Origin: a virus
Taxonomy: Duplodnaviria; Caudoviricetes
IMG/VR virus record: IMGVR_UViG_3300010222_000173
Span: 1-37,350 of that record
Reading direction: 5' to 3' (one strand)
Length of the DNA: 37,350 nt
Shown: positions 1 through 8,437 of the stretch, piece after piece
How the letters are laid out: each line of letters begins with the position of its first letter
How positions within the stretch are numbered: position 1 is the stretch's first letter
Made by a program: the position numbers and the translations under genes
Notes under the pieces: generated by a model
The model's database searches: none
Told to the model about the DNA's origin: nothing
What the model saw: only the letters and a program-made list of their open reading frames with translations

Positions 1-300
1 TTACTTCCCATTTTGGGTGATCTGATCCGGGAGTTCTTCAACTCTGTAGAGGTTCTGTCGGCCTGGGTACTCGATTGACGTTATGCCCCAGTTGCGCACC
101 GTTTCTGCGGTGACATCGTAGAGGGCACAGATGTCCTGTAGCGTGATCAGCCCGGCCTCAACGCGGGCAGCTCGGTCTAGGTCGCTCAGGTGATTCATCG
201 TCTCCTCAGCAAAGTGACGAGCCCCCTCAGCCGCGGCGTCTTTCAACCGCTCGTCGAGCTCTTCAGGCGTCAGTTTGATGTAGCGCTCTTCAGTGGCCAT
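1..300 (-). CDS. Excisionase-like / MerR-type HTH DNA-binding protein
   Basis: ITLQDICALYDVTAETVRNWG winged-HTH signature; last gene of the early operon; would precede the integrase on circularisation. Confidence 0.65.
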   Translation of the reverse strand: MATEERYIKLTPEELDERLKDAAAEGARHFAEETMNHLSDLDRAARVEAGLITLQDICALYDVTAETVRNWGITSIEYPGRQNLYRVEELPDQITQNGK

Positions 301-372
301 TACTGGGTCGGGTCGGTGTGAGTGTGTAGTGGTCAGTCGTTTTGCCAGCCTCTACGAACTGAGTTTTTGATG

Positions 373-897
373 TTATCTCGCACTCACATGCCGAGGCGGC
401 CTGGCGATGCTGAGGTCAAGGTTTCCCGGAGCTCCAGCGTAATACTGCCCTTCGAGGTACTCCTCAATCGTTGCTTTGGCGGCGTCAAAACTACGCTCAA
501 CAGCGATAGCCCACCCCTTCGATTGAAAACGTCTCAGCCACCATGCTTGCTCGGCGCGCAGACGACCTCCAGAGCTCTTGAGTTCAAGGGCGATACCAAG
601 GTATTTGATCAGGTCTACCCCATCTTTCTTCTCACACCACATTGGGTATGGCAAAAGCAAGTCCGGCACGCCTTGACGCGTGCCCATCTCCTTCAGCTTC
701 TTCGCCTCCGCGCCGTGACGACTACCTCCATTCGGCACATGGAATAGCAGCTCCAGCGCGGGCTTTGTCACGGACTGCCGATCGGCCCACTCAATAACAG
801 CCTTGTGGATATCTTCTTCAGTCTGGCGGTCGGCGCGGTACTCTTCAGTGCTCATGCTCTTGTTGGCTGTGTCCTGCTCCGCTTGCTGTTCGCTCAT
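373..897 (-). CDS. VRR-NUC domain nuclease (PD-(D/E)xK), Holliday junction resolvase-like
   Basis: TEEDIH...FHVPNGG...GVPDLLL...LELKS..GRLRAEQ motifs. Confidence 0.9.
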   Translation of the reverse strand: MSEQQAEQDTANKSMSTEEYRADRQTEEDIHKAVIEWADRQSVTKPALELLFHVPNGGSRHGAEAKKLKEMGTRQGVPDLLLPYPMWCEKKDGVDLIKYLGIALELKSSGGRLRAEQAWWLRRFQSKGWAIAVERSFDAAKATIEEYLEGQYYAGAPGNLDLSIARPPRHVSAR

Positions 898-967
898 AGC
901 TAATCAGTGCTTTTGGATGATAAAGACGGTGTTTTGTGTACTAACTGTACACGAGGTTGGGGATAAG

Positions 968-1270
968 CTATAGCTTTTCTCGACGGTACTCCTTCGCCCG
1001 CTCTCGGAGGTCTTTGCGCAGAGACTGAGCAACCTCGTCGTCGACCCCGGACTTTGAAACGAGGGCTTGGGCATCGCTCTCGATACCTTTGATAACACCA
1101 GTGACGTAAGCGTGCCGAACAAGGCTTGCCACCTTCTCCCGGAACGATGGAAACTGATCGTCAAGCGCTCGGCTCATCACCTCGTGGATATCTTCATCCT
1201 CAGAGGAGATGTAGGTCGGAAGATCAAGGTCTTCGAGCTGCTCTAAGTTCGGAATTGCTCTTTTGCTCAT
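968..1270 (-). CDS. Hypothetical protein
   Basis: ATG 1270 overlaps the upstream stop (ATGA); acidic composition. Confidence 0.65.
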   Translation of the reverse strand: MSKRAIPNLEQLEDLDLPTYISSEDEDIHEVMSRALDDQFPSFREKVASLVRHAYVTGVIKGIESDAQALVSKSGVDDEVAQSLRKDLRERAKEYRREKL

Positions 1271-2010
1271 CGGCTCGTATCGTTGATTCGAGAGAATTCG
1301 ATCACCCAAACCCAGTCGTTACGCTCCCACGCGCCCTCGCCGTGGATGCTATTCCAAAGCCGCATAAACGCAGTCTGGGCCCCGAAGCAAAAACTATCGC
1401 CACTGGAAAGCACATCCTCATAGGCCGAAGCCATTCCGGGCACGTCTACTCCTTTCACCTCCCGTACTCCCTCTGAAACTGCATCTTCGCGACTTATGCT
1501 CTGCACTCGCTCCACCCGCACATCTTCAACGCGGAGCCGCAGGCGACACAGTTCACGCGGCATGTGGATGCTCGGGCGTTTGCGGCCTGCTGTTTCTTCA
1601 GTAAGCGGACCTTCTCCAGGAGTCGCCTCATACTGAACGTCCTCACGCCCCAGCGTGGGGTGCTTCTCTGATCGAACCAAATCAGCCGGAGCATACTCGT
1701 CGAATGCCTTTTCAAATCGAAATACTTCTCGCACGTACAGCACATCCCCAGGCTTGCCGTATGGGCAGGTCCACATACAGGAGCCTTCGTCACCATATTC
1801 CTCACCGCTGTGAACCTTATCTTGGTACGTCCATGCGCACCACTCAGGCCCTCCTGCGTAGGCATCAAGGTAAGAGTCTTCTGGCATGGTTTCGGGCGGC
1901 TGCGGCTTCATGATTCGCCGCGTCTGGGTCTTTCGTCCACTGAGGATGCCCCTTATCGACCATCCGTTGAAGATGATGGGGTGCTCTTTCGCTTCTGCAG
2001 TCGTGGTCAT
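1267..2010 (-). CDS. ASCH/PUA-like domain phage protein
   Basis: PIIFN..SIRGILSGRKTQTRR, CPYGKPGDVLYVRE, PSIHMPR, VRVERVQSIS, W..NDWVWVIEF family motifs. Confidence 0.85.
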   Translation of the reverse strand: MTTTAEAKEHPIIFNGWSIRGILSGRKTQTRRIMKPQPPETMPEDSYLDAYAGGPEWCAWTYQDKVHSGEEYGDEGSCMWTCPYGKPGDVLYVREVFRFEKAFDEYAPADLVRSEKHPTLGREDVQYEATPGEGPLTEETAGRKRPSIHMPRELCRLRLRVEDVRVERVQSISREDAVSEGVREVKGVDVPGMASAYEDVLSSGDSFCFGAQTAFMRLWNSIHGEGAWERNDWVWVIEFSRINDTSR

Positions 2011-2012
2011 GG

Positions 2013-2342
2013 CTAGTCAGTAAGCTTAGGATTGAGTTTGAAGGTTGTCTTTCCCATCCGATGCCCGTGGCGCGTCACGATCTCGGACGCCCGGTTCAGT
2101 TTCTCCCGCGTCTCAGTAATGCTGTCCACTGTGATGTCTTCCCTCCGACTTTCCGGCAAACACGCCGCCGCCTCCCAGTCGCTCAGGGCCTCCTCTTTCT
2201 GGGTCTCCTTTCGCATACCAACAGGATACTCCTTCACGGCCGCTTTGCGAAGCAGCTGAACGTACCGGTGGGCGAGGGAGTCCTTGTCCTCTAAGTAGGC
2301 CAGCAGGTCACTAGCGGACTGTATCGGGGCAGTCTTAGGCAT
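2013..2342 (-). CDS. Hypothetical protein
   Basis: Tightly packed in the operon; overlaps the MTase stop. Confidence 0.65.
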   Translation of the reverse strand: MPKTAPIQSASDLLAYLEDKDSLAHRYVQLLRKAAVKEYPVGMRKETQKEEALSDWEAAACLPESRREDITVDSITETREKLNRASEIVTRHGHRMGKTTFKLNPKLTD

Positions 2343-2991
2343 AGTCGAATCGTGGCTGCTTAGCTTCTTGGCGAAGCGCTCTTGCGGCTGTCTCGCAGTG
2401 CTCCTCTTTGACTTCGATCAAAACGCACTCTCGATCCCACCTCATCGCCGCCAATCCCGTCGTCCCGCTGCCAGCAAAGGGATCGATGATCGTGTCATCA
2501 GGCGCCGACCACCACTTGACGAGCCACTCGACGTGGCCGAGTTTTCGCGGTGTTGGGTGGTCTCGTTGCTGTCCGTTTGGATCGGGATCGATATACCGAC
2601 CTGGAATCACGTGATGGCCTTCTCGTGAAGGGGGCGGCTTACCGAAGAGGTACGCCACATCACCGGTATGCAAAAGACGCCCGCGATACCCCTTACGCGG
2701 TAGCTCCAACCACGCGACTCGAAAAAGATCCCACCAGTCCGGTACAGCATCCAGAAAACGCGGGTCGGTGTCACAACCTAGCTGAATCGCGATTCTCTCT
2801 GTCTGCGGCGAAACCTGTTGCAGGGTTGACCGAAGCAGGCGCTCAGGATCCTCGCGGCCTTCGAGCGGAACGTCAGCACCCGGCCATACCGGATCAGTGA
2901 CGACTGTATCAGCGGGCAGGTGCGGCAAAATGTCTCGGCAGTCGGCGTGGTAAAGCATGATGTCGCCGACCGTGGCGTATGGGTCAGTCAT
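2335..2991 (-). CDS. Orphan beta-class N6-A/N4-C DNA methyltransferase
   Basis: Motif IV variant TDPVW precedes HPTPRK and motif I DPFAGSGTT; AGGAG RBS before ATG 2991 (ORF track starts at 3030). Confidence 0.88.
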   Translation of the reverse strand: MTDPYATVGDIMLYHADCRDILPHLPADTVVTDPVWPGADVPLEGREDPERLLRSTLQQVSPQTERIAIQLGCDTDPRFLDAVPDWWDLFRVAWLELPRKGYRGRLLHTGDVAYLFGKPPPSREGHHVIPGRYIDPDPNGQQRDHPTPRKLGHVEWLVKWWSAPDDTIIDPFAGSGTTGLAAMRWDRECVLIEVKEEHCETAARALRQEAKQPRFDYA

Positions 2992-3262
2992 GGCTCCTAA
3001 AGTTGCGTCGTGCAGTTTCGTGTTCGTCATGGTCGTTTAGGTTCTCCCCGCACTCTGGGCACCAGTGCAGATGTCCATTCCCGTCGCACCGCCTGCACTT
3101 CCGATACTTCTCCCCAAACCCGTATGGGTGCATGACCGCGTTCTCTCGATAGAGGTCAATCCACCCTCTCTCGCACTTGAGTCGTGGACAAGTTCGAGTG
3201 TGAGTAGGGTGATGCCCACACGCGGGGCAAAGGCAGTCGCTGTATCTGGCTTGAGGGTCCAT
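2984..3262 (-). CDS. Cys-rich zinc-finger protein (DnaJ-type CxxCxG repeats)
   Basis: CPACG, CPRLKC, CRRCDGNG, CPECG. Confidence 0.75.
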   Translation of the reverse strand: MDPQARYSDCLCPACGHHPTHTRTCPRLKCERGWIDLYRENAVMHPYGFGEKYRKCRRCDGNGHLHWCPECGENLNDHDEHETARRNFRSHD

Positions 3263-3266
3263 GGCT

Positions 3267-3686
3267 CTATTGTTGTTTCAGAATCCGAATCGCAGTGCGG
3301 CACTCTTCAGCGGTCAGCATTCCGACATGGCGACGATGCTCAGCGAGGCCCAACATCTGGCCGAAAAAGAAATCGTACGCCTTTTGCCGATCAGTGCCAT
3401 TTTCTCGCCACATCGGGTCGAACAGGTCGTGCACCTCCGAGCGCAGATCCCTCAACTCAGCGTCAGCAAGGAGACCAAGCGGCGCCTCGTCTGAGTGACT
3501 GGTCTCTGCGCCATGCACACCGACTCGTGCATGGCAACTGGTGCACACGTAGAGCTTCCCGCCGCCGTCGTAGGACTGGCCGTAGAACTCTTCGTGCGTC
3601 ACGAGGTCGACCTCCGATCCGCAGTAGCGGCAGTCGTCTGGCGGAGGTGGGGGATAGGTGTCTGGTAGGGGCTTTGTCTTTGGCAT
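3267..3686 (-). CDS. DUF3268-like zinc-finger protein
   Basis: CRYCG...YVCTSCHARVGVH...PLGLLADAELRDLR..VH.LFDPMW...HVGM pattern. Confidence 0.8.
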   Translation of the reverse strand: MPKTKPLPDTYPPPPPDDCRYCGSEVDLVTHEEFYGQSYDGGGKLYVCTSCHARVGVHGAETSHSDEAPLGLLADAELRDLRSEVHDLFDPMWRENGTDRQKAYDFFFGQMLGLAEHRRHVGMLTAEECRTAIRILKQQ

Positions 3687-3708
3687 GGCGTCTCGCAGTT
3701 GTGAGAAG

Positions 3709-3954
3709 TCAGTGAGAAGAAAGTCGCTGGTGTATCTGCGTTGGGTCAAGGCCTTGCTGTCGGAGCTCCTCTTCGAGCTCGTTGTGGCGCTCCATCAGGT
3801 CGGGGCTCACGCTTTGGTCTCGCTCTTGGCGAGCCTCGATCTTGGCGTGTGCGTAAGCGTATCGGCACTGTGTGCGGAGCGGGTCCTCTAGCCGGCCAAA
3901 AAGTTTCTGAGCGGCCTCGTTTATGGCCGTGCTCATCGACGTCGAGTCAGGCAT
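3709..3954 (-). CDS. Hypothetical protein
   Basis: Co-oriented; fills operon space. Confidence 0.55.
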   Translation of the reverse strand: MPDSTSMSTAINEAAQKLFGRLEDPLRTQCRYAYAHAKIEARQERDQSVSPDLMERHNELEEELRQQGLDPTQIHQRLSSH

Positions 3955-4036
3955 TTCGGCTCATCGGGTCTTGGTCGAGAGGCTTTCTGGCAAAGATCGT
4001 GGAGCGGATGGCGTAGATGTCGGGAACGTCAAGCAT
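3947..4036 (-). CDS. Small 29-aa ORF (MLDVPDIYAIRSTIFARKPLDQDPMSRNA), below ORF-track cutoff
   Basis: 8-nt overlaps with both neighbouring genes, consistent with translational coupling. Confidence 0.45.
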   Translation of the reverse strand: MLDVPDIYAIRSTIFARKPLDQDPMSRNA

Positions 4037-4589
4037 TGGTTTTGAGGCGCTCGCGAGCCTTAATTTTCAGAATGAATCGTCGCTCATTCTCTTCAGGACG
4101 GCAGATGCCAAAGTCGTCTCGCTCTAAGGCTGGCACCGTCTTCACGGCACCCCACACCTCCTCCTCAGTCAGCACCTTGCCCTGCTTGAGCCGCCGCCGC
4201 GTTTCTCGCATTGGCTCGATCACCCGCCTAAAGTCCGCAGCGGAAAGATCGCCACCGTACCGCAGTTTATCGTCCAACTCCGGGTCATCGGCCAGCCGGT
4301 CCACCGCGTACAAGATTTCCCCCTTTGTATACTCGCGCTTTTCGAGCCGCTGTCGAAGAGCTTTTTGCCGAAGGGGTTGCTCGCGAATGTCGGGCTGCAC
4401 CTCCAAGGCAAGCCGAGTGAGGGCGCCAGTGAGCTCACCACTCGAAACCGGAGAGCTCCACTTCTTGCTCGTCAGGGATGGAGTCGCCGGTAGATCCGGC
4501 AGGCCTGGGTTCTCCTGAGTCCCGTTCGCTCGGGGCGAATCCATCTCGGATCGCTTCGGGGTCGGTACGCTGCTTGTGTCGTTGCTCAT
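4029..4589 (-). CDS. Hypothetical protein, possible helicase-loader-type partner of the initiator
   Basis: Directly downstream of and overlapping the replication initiator (lambda O-P position); start uncertain. Confidence 0.5.
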   Translation of the reverse strand: MSNDTSSVPTPKRSEMDSPRANGTQENPGLPDLPATPSLTSKKWSSPVSSGELTGALTRLALEVQPDIREQPLRQKALRQRLEKREYTKGEILYAVDRLADDPELDDKLRYGGDLSAADFRRVIEPMRETRRRLKQGKVLTEEEVWGAVKTVPALERDDFGICRPEENERRFILKIKARERLKTNA

Positions 4590-5448
4590 AGTCGGCAAGA
4601 GCAGATTGGAGAATCTTGTCGAACTTTGTCGTGCCATCCTCGTCAGACTTTCGAAGGCTGCCGAGACTCTGAATTGTGCGGTTTGACTTCCACCAGTTGT
4701 CGGTCTTCAAGAGCCAGCCGAGAGTGATGCGTACGTCGTCTCGGCTGTAGCCGTCGAGGTTGACCACCTTCCGCAGAACATCTGCCCACTCGGAAGCGAT
4801 CTTCCCTCGTCGCTCCGACTTCAGTCGGCGGCGGTAGTGGCTGCTGAGCATCTCGTTGCGCTCCATCTGACCGAGTACCCATTCAGCGGCTACCCATCGC
4901 CAATCGTCTGGTAGATAGTCCCAGCGAACGGGGTGATCCTCGGGTAAGGGTTGAGCCTTCCAAGCGTCTCTAAAAACTGCGCTCTGCAGACGGTCGGGGA
5001 GCGTCGCATCAGCGGCGCTCACCCCTTTAGCACCTTCAAGGGGATTACCTTCAAGGGGATTACCTTTACTGGGGTACCCAAAATCTTGGGGGGGGTGGTA
5101 CCCAACTTTTTGGGTACCTAACTTTTTGGGGTCCCCAAAATCTTGGGGGGGGTCTTCCGTCTCTTCTTCCTCTTTGAGCGCGGTCAAATTCCAAGTGCTT
5201 GGTGGCGTTGTGCGATGTATATTTGTAGTGCCAGGGCGCCTCTCTCGCTTAACCATCGACGCGGATCGGAGGCTCTTTAGTGACTTCCTCAGCGTGGGCT
5301 CACTGACGCTTGTGTCGTCGCACATCTTCTCCAAAGACGCTGTGCATTCCCCTCGTCTTGAAATATGGCAAAACACGCGGAACTCATGCGGACTCAGGTC
5401 TGCATCGTCAAGTTTTGCCGGGATAAAAGGGGTGGGTGTGCTACTCAT
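4435..5448 (-). CDS. Phage replication initiator (N-terminal winged HTH)
   Basis: LSPHEFRVFCHI...SLEKMCDDTSVSEPTLRKSLKSL HTH; internal iteron cluster; C-terminal WW...IQSLGSLRK helical domain. Confidence 0.8.
   Translation of the reverse strand: MSSTPTPFIPAKLDDADLSPHEFRVFCHISRRGECTASLEKMCDDTSVSEPTLRKSLKSLRSASMVKRERRPGTTNIHRTTPPSTWNLTALKEEEETEDPPQDFGDPKKLGTQKVGYHPPQDFGYPSKGNPLEGNPLEGAKGVSAADATLPDRLQSAVFRDAWKAQPLPEDHPVRWDYLPDDWRWVAAEWVLGQMERNEMLSSHYRRRLKSERRGKIASEWADVLRKVVNLDGYSRDDVRITLGWLLKTDNWWKSNRTIQSLGSLRKSDEDGTTKFDKILQSALADYEQRHKQRTDPEAIRDGFAPSERDSGEPRPAGSTGDSIPDEQEVELSGFEW
5032..5153. repeat. Iteron cluster, putative replication origin
   Basis: ACCTTCAAGGGGATT x2 (5032-5061); CCCAAAATCTTGGGGGGGGT x2 (5077, 5134); GTACC(C/T)AACTTTTTGG x2 (5098-5129), all inside the initiator gene. 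Confidence 0.8.
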
Positions 5449-5491
5449 CAGAAAGATTCTCAACAGTGTTCAAGTCGCGTATGAGCTGTGG

Positions 5492-6379
5492 CTAAAAGGG
5501 AAGTGCCTCATCGTCCTCGAACGCCTCGTCGTTGGCCTCTCCGGATGCGGTGTCCACGTTCTCAGCCGCTTCCTTCACGTCGTCAGGGTCAACCTTCTGC
5601 GCTTCTTCCTCTGCCCCTTCTGCTTCTTGCTGGACGCGGTCGGCCTCGGCCGTTTTGAGGCGCTCAATCGTTTCCTCAGCCCACTCCTCAGGCCATTCAT
5701 CAAGGGGGTGATCCGAGGGCACCTTGCCTGCGTTCGATATGATGTCGGCGGCATCCGTGCCGTCCTGGACCTTTTGGACAAGCCAGTCGGACGCTTGCTG
5801 GTACCAGCCATCCGGCTTTCGCTGGATGACCTCACCGGTCTCGTAATCCACTTCTACCGATTGGGTGGCGCTGTTTGGGATGTCTTGTACCTCCGTCTCA
5901 TCAAGCCACCCAAGTCCAGCGAGGGAGAGGGTCACGCGCCGCTTCGCCTTCGTCTCGGCCTTCATGATGTCGTTGGCAAGATCTTGCCCGCTGGACCGGG
6001 ACGTATCCACAGCACCAGTCGCGACGTCCGTGCGGCCGTGTTCTGTCTTTGCGTAGGCCCGCACGACTAGGATGTCATCGCGCCATGTCTCTTCCATGTC
6101 TGTGATGGATATCCCATGGACGGACCGGAGCTGCTCCGCCGCGTCGCGCTTGGCGTACAGGGTGAGCTGGCCGTTGAGACGGATGTACTCGAATGGCTTC
6201 GTAAGAGGGTTCAGCCCGACCGACTCGCACACCTTGCGGTAGTAGTCAAGGCGCTGCTGAGGCGTGAGGTTGGACAAGTCCCCGTCTAGTAGCGCGTCCT
6301 CAACGCCCTCCACATCAGGGCGCTGCATCATTTCCCCGTTGCCTACGGCCTTCGCTGGTAGGGTCTCTGGATCTTCCAT
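5492..6379 (-). CDS. Bet/RecT-like single-strand annealing recombinase
   Basis: CESVGLNPLTKPFEYI and MKAETKAKRRVTLSLAGL motifs; acidic tail ending DDEALPF. Confidence 0.75.
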   Translation of the reverse strand: MEDPETLPAKAVGNGEMMQRPDVEGVEDALLDGDLSNLTPQQRLDYYRKVCESVGLNPLTKPFEYIRLNGQLTLYAKRDAAEQLRSVHGISITDMEETWRDDILVVRAYAKTEHGRTDVATGAVDTSRSSGQDLANDIMKAETKAKRRVTLSLAGLGWLDETEVQDIPNSATQSVEVDYETGEVIQRKPDGWYQQASDWLVQKVQDGTDAADIISNAGKVPSDHPLDEWPEEWAEETIERLKTAEADRVQQEAEGAEEEAQKVDPDDVKEAAENVDTASGEANDEAFEDDEALPF

Positions 6380-6401
6380 GTCACATGTGCGTGTCTATGA
6401 T

Positions 6402-6492
6402 CGAGAACACGAGTGAATGCCGACGCCACCGCTCCTCTCGGTGACGTTTCGCGGTCTCTCTCGCCGCTCATCAGGGCTCATCAGGGCCACTC
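6402..6492 (-). ncRNA. Hammerhead ribozyme, type I topology
   Basis: Minus strand reads GCC-CUGAUGA-GCGG(loop)CCGC-GAAA-CGUCACCG(loop)CGGUGGCG-UC-GGC; complete core, three stems, GUC cleavage triplet. Confidence 0.9.
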
Positions 6493-6958
6493 AGGCACGG
6501 ATCGGTTTTCCGTCTACCCCGAGCATATATGACCCATCACGCTCATAGGCGCGGTTGGCGCGGCGTGCCTCACGCCCGCGCGCCTCCCTAAGTAGCTCTT
6601 TCACCTCAGGGCAAGGGTGCTCAACTACATCGAGGGACATCTCACAACGACCGGTCCGCCGGAGCAGGTGGAGCCGCAGGCACCAATCTTCTAACCCCGC
6701 TAGGCTAGGCAGCAGGTGGTACCCGATCTCCTCGTAGGTGCCGAAGTGCGGCTTTCGCCTCCAGCCCTTGATGAGGTTACCGCTGTCATCCATGATGTAC
6801 ATCTCATAGGGGTAAGCCAGATCGCGGGCCCGCACTTGCCAGGCGGCGTAGTGAAGACCAAATGCGCGCCCTGTCTTGGCTGGGCTCCCAGGGCGCTTTT
6901 GCGTCACCTTGTCGATAGGAGCGAGAGTCGCCCCGGGCGTGTCTAGTGCGTCAGTCAT
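6491..6958 (-). CDS. Hypothetical protein
   Basis: Co-oriented; overlaps the upstream stop. Confidence 0.65.
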   Translation of the reverse strand: MTDALDTPGATLAPIDKVTQKRPGSPAKTGRAFGLHYAAWQVRARDLAYPYEMYIMDDSGNLIKGWRRKPHFGTYEEIGYHLLPSLAGLEDWCLRLHLLRRTGRCEMSLDVVEHPCPEVKELLREARGREARRANRAYERDGSYMLGVDGKPIRA

Positions 6959-7253
6959 GACAAATCACCTCGTGATGATCGGGTGTGATGTCGGTTTCAG
7001 CTAGTCGTTCTTTTGCGTCTTGGGCGGCCCAGTGCAGATGCTGACCGTTCTCACGAAGCCGCCTCGCCGCCTGATAGACCCGACCTACGTCCTTCACCTG
7101 AGGCTGCCCGTCTAGCACGCTAAGACGCTTGGCGCCCTTGATCGCGTGCGGGCTGAAAGCCCTGCGCCGGGGCAGAAGGACCCGGATCGCGAGGCAGGTA
7201 CTGCCAGCGAGAAGCCCGGCAAGGATAGGCGAGAGGTACCAGATCCAAGTCAT
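6951..7253 (-). CDS. Hypothetical protein with N-terminal TM helix
   Basis: WIWYLSPILAGLLAGSTCLAIRVLL; ATGA overlap. Confidence 0.6.
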   Translation of the reverse strand: MTWIWYLSPILAGLLAGSTCLAIRVLLPRRRAFSPHAIKGAKRLSVLDGQPQVKDVGRVYQAARRLRENGQHLHWAAQDAKERLAETDITPDHHEVICHD

Positions 7254-7426
7254 GGCCGCCGCTCCTCCCAGCCATAGGGCTGATCAGGTTGGCCAGGTCG
7301 CTCTTGCCGGGGCTCGCCTTTAGCAATGTCGTGCCCCAGCCCAATCACCCACGCAAAGATCGAGGCGATCATCAGGGGGGCACAGGCGGCCAAGATGAGC
7401 ACTTGGAGGGGGGTTAGGTTACTCAT
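7250..7426 (-). CDS. Small membrane protein
   Basis: LQVLILAACAPLMIASIFAWVIGLG; GGAGG RBS upstream. Confidence 0.55.
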   Translation of the reverse strand: MSNLTPLQVLILAACAPLMIASIFAWVIGLGHDIAKGEPRQERPGQPDQPYGWEERRP

Positions 7427-7700
7427 TGTCATCACCTCCCTTATCCTTGCTCCTCCAGTCAGCGTGATATCTGTGACCGTTCGCTTTTTCATATTCCTTG
7501 AAAAGATGGCGTATATCCGGCGCAGTCATATCACGCTTAGCATTCATCACCTTCGCGAGCATGCGGGCACGATACGACGCGTCCTCGTCTTGCTCATCTT
7601 CACGAGCGACGACATGGGCGAACGCCTTGCCTTTGTAGAGAACTGTCCAAACTCTTTCCTTTGAAAGCACAGCTTTGTAAAGGTCAGGGAGGTCATTCAT
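7419..7700 (-). CDS. Hypothetical protein
   Basis: ATG 7700 in ATGA overlap with GGAGG RBS. Confidence 0.6.
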   Translation of the reverse strand: MNDLPDLYKAVLSKERVWTVLYKGKAFAHVVAREDEQDEDASYRARMLAKVMNAKRDMTAPDIRHLFKEYEKANGHRYHADWRSKDKGGDDNE

Positions 7701-8104
7701 GCCGACACCTCCGCGCCCTGGCGGCGCGTCTTCTGGCGGATCTGAGCAAGCACGAGCTGCACGCCCTGCACGTTGTCGCGGCACCACGCCTCCCAGGCCG
7801 CATCTCCCCACTCCTCCGGCGGATCAATCGGCTGGGTGCGCTCCTTGAGCTTTGAGAAGAATTGGTGCTGCGTCATGCGTTGGCTGAGCGACTCGGTGAT
7901 GACCGTGATCTCGTACCCACTAGTCGAGCCGTGGTCGATGACATACCCCAGCGTCGCGTGCTGGCCGTAGCGGCGCTCCTTCTGGGGGTAGATCAGGCGA
8001 AAACCGCCGTTGCTGCGGTCGGTGCTCATGAGTTGCTCGTAGGTGTGGAGGGAGCCGCTGAATTCCGGCTCCGGAACCTTCGGTGGTGCTTTTGTCGTAG
8101 GCAT
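7697..8104 (-). CDS. Hypothetical protein
   Basis: 135-aa ORF co-oriented with the early operon. Confidence 0.65.
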   Translation of the reverse strand: MPTTKAPPKVPEPEFSGSLHTYEQLMSTDRSNGGFRLIYPQKERRYGQHATLGYVIDHGSTSGYEITVITESLSQRMTQHQFFSKLKERTQPIDPPEEWGDAAWEAWCRDNVQGVQLVLAQIRQKTRRQGAEVSA

Positions 8105-8136
8105 AGGTGCTTGATAGTTGATGAGAGAGCATCGCG

Positions 8137-8168
8137 CCCCGCTTCGGCTGTGACCGAGGCGGGGTTTC
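8137..8168 (+). terminator. GC-rich hairpin, terminator-like on + strand (antisense to early operon)
   Basis: CCCCGCTTCGG-ctgtga-CCGAGGCGGGG followed by TTTC; G-U pair forms only on the + strand. Confidence 0.5.
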
Positions 8169-8437
8169 TGTATGTGTGCCCCGCTTTCATTCGGCGGCGC
8201 GGGGCAGGCCGCCTAACAGTCTCCCGCACTCTGCACACCGATATCGCTTGTCTTGTGTGTAGAATGCGAGTGTAGAGCGCCAGCGCTCGGTCATTCTCGT
8301 CCGACACCGCCGCGAGGAGGCGGCTGGCATGGTGTCGTGTCGGCGCCATGGAGGCCCTTGTCGGCAGGTGGCGCCACACCTGCCCGCGAGTGGCTGGTGT
8401 GGTTGGTGATTGAGTCAGTCGAAAAGCCATGTGGACA

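Noticed and set aside
5126-6070. 314-aa plus-strand ORF, and similar long antisense ORFs (16416-17294, 23159-23974, 24056-24772)
   Set aside because: Shadow ORFs opposite well-supported genes in GC-rich DNA; no motifs
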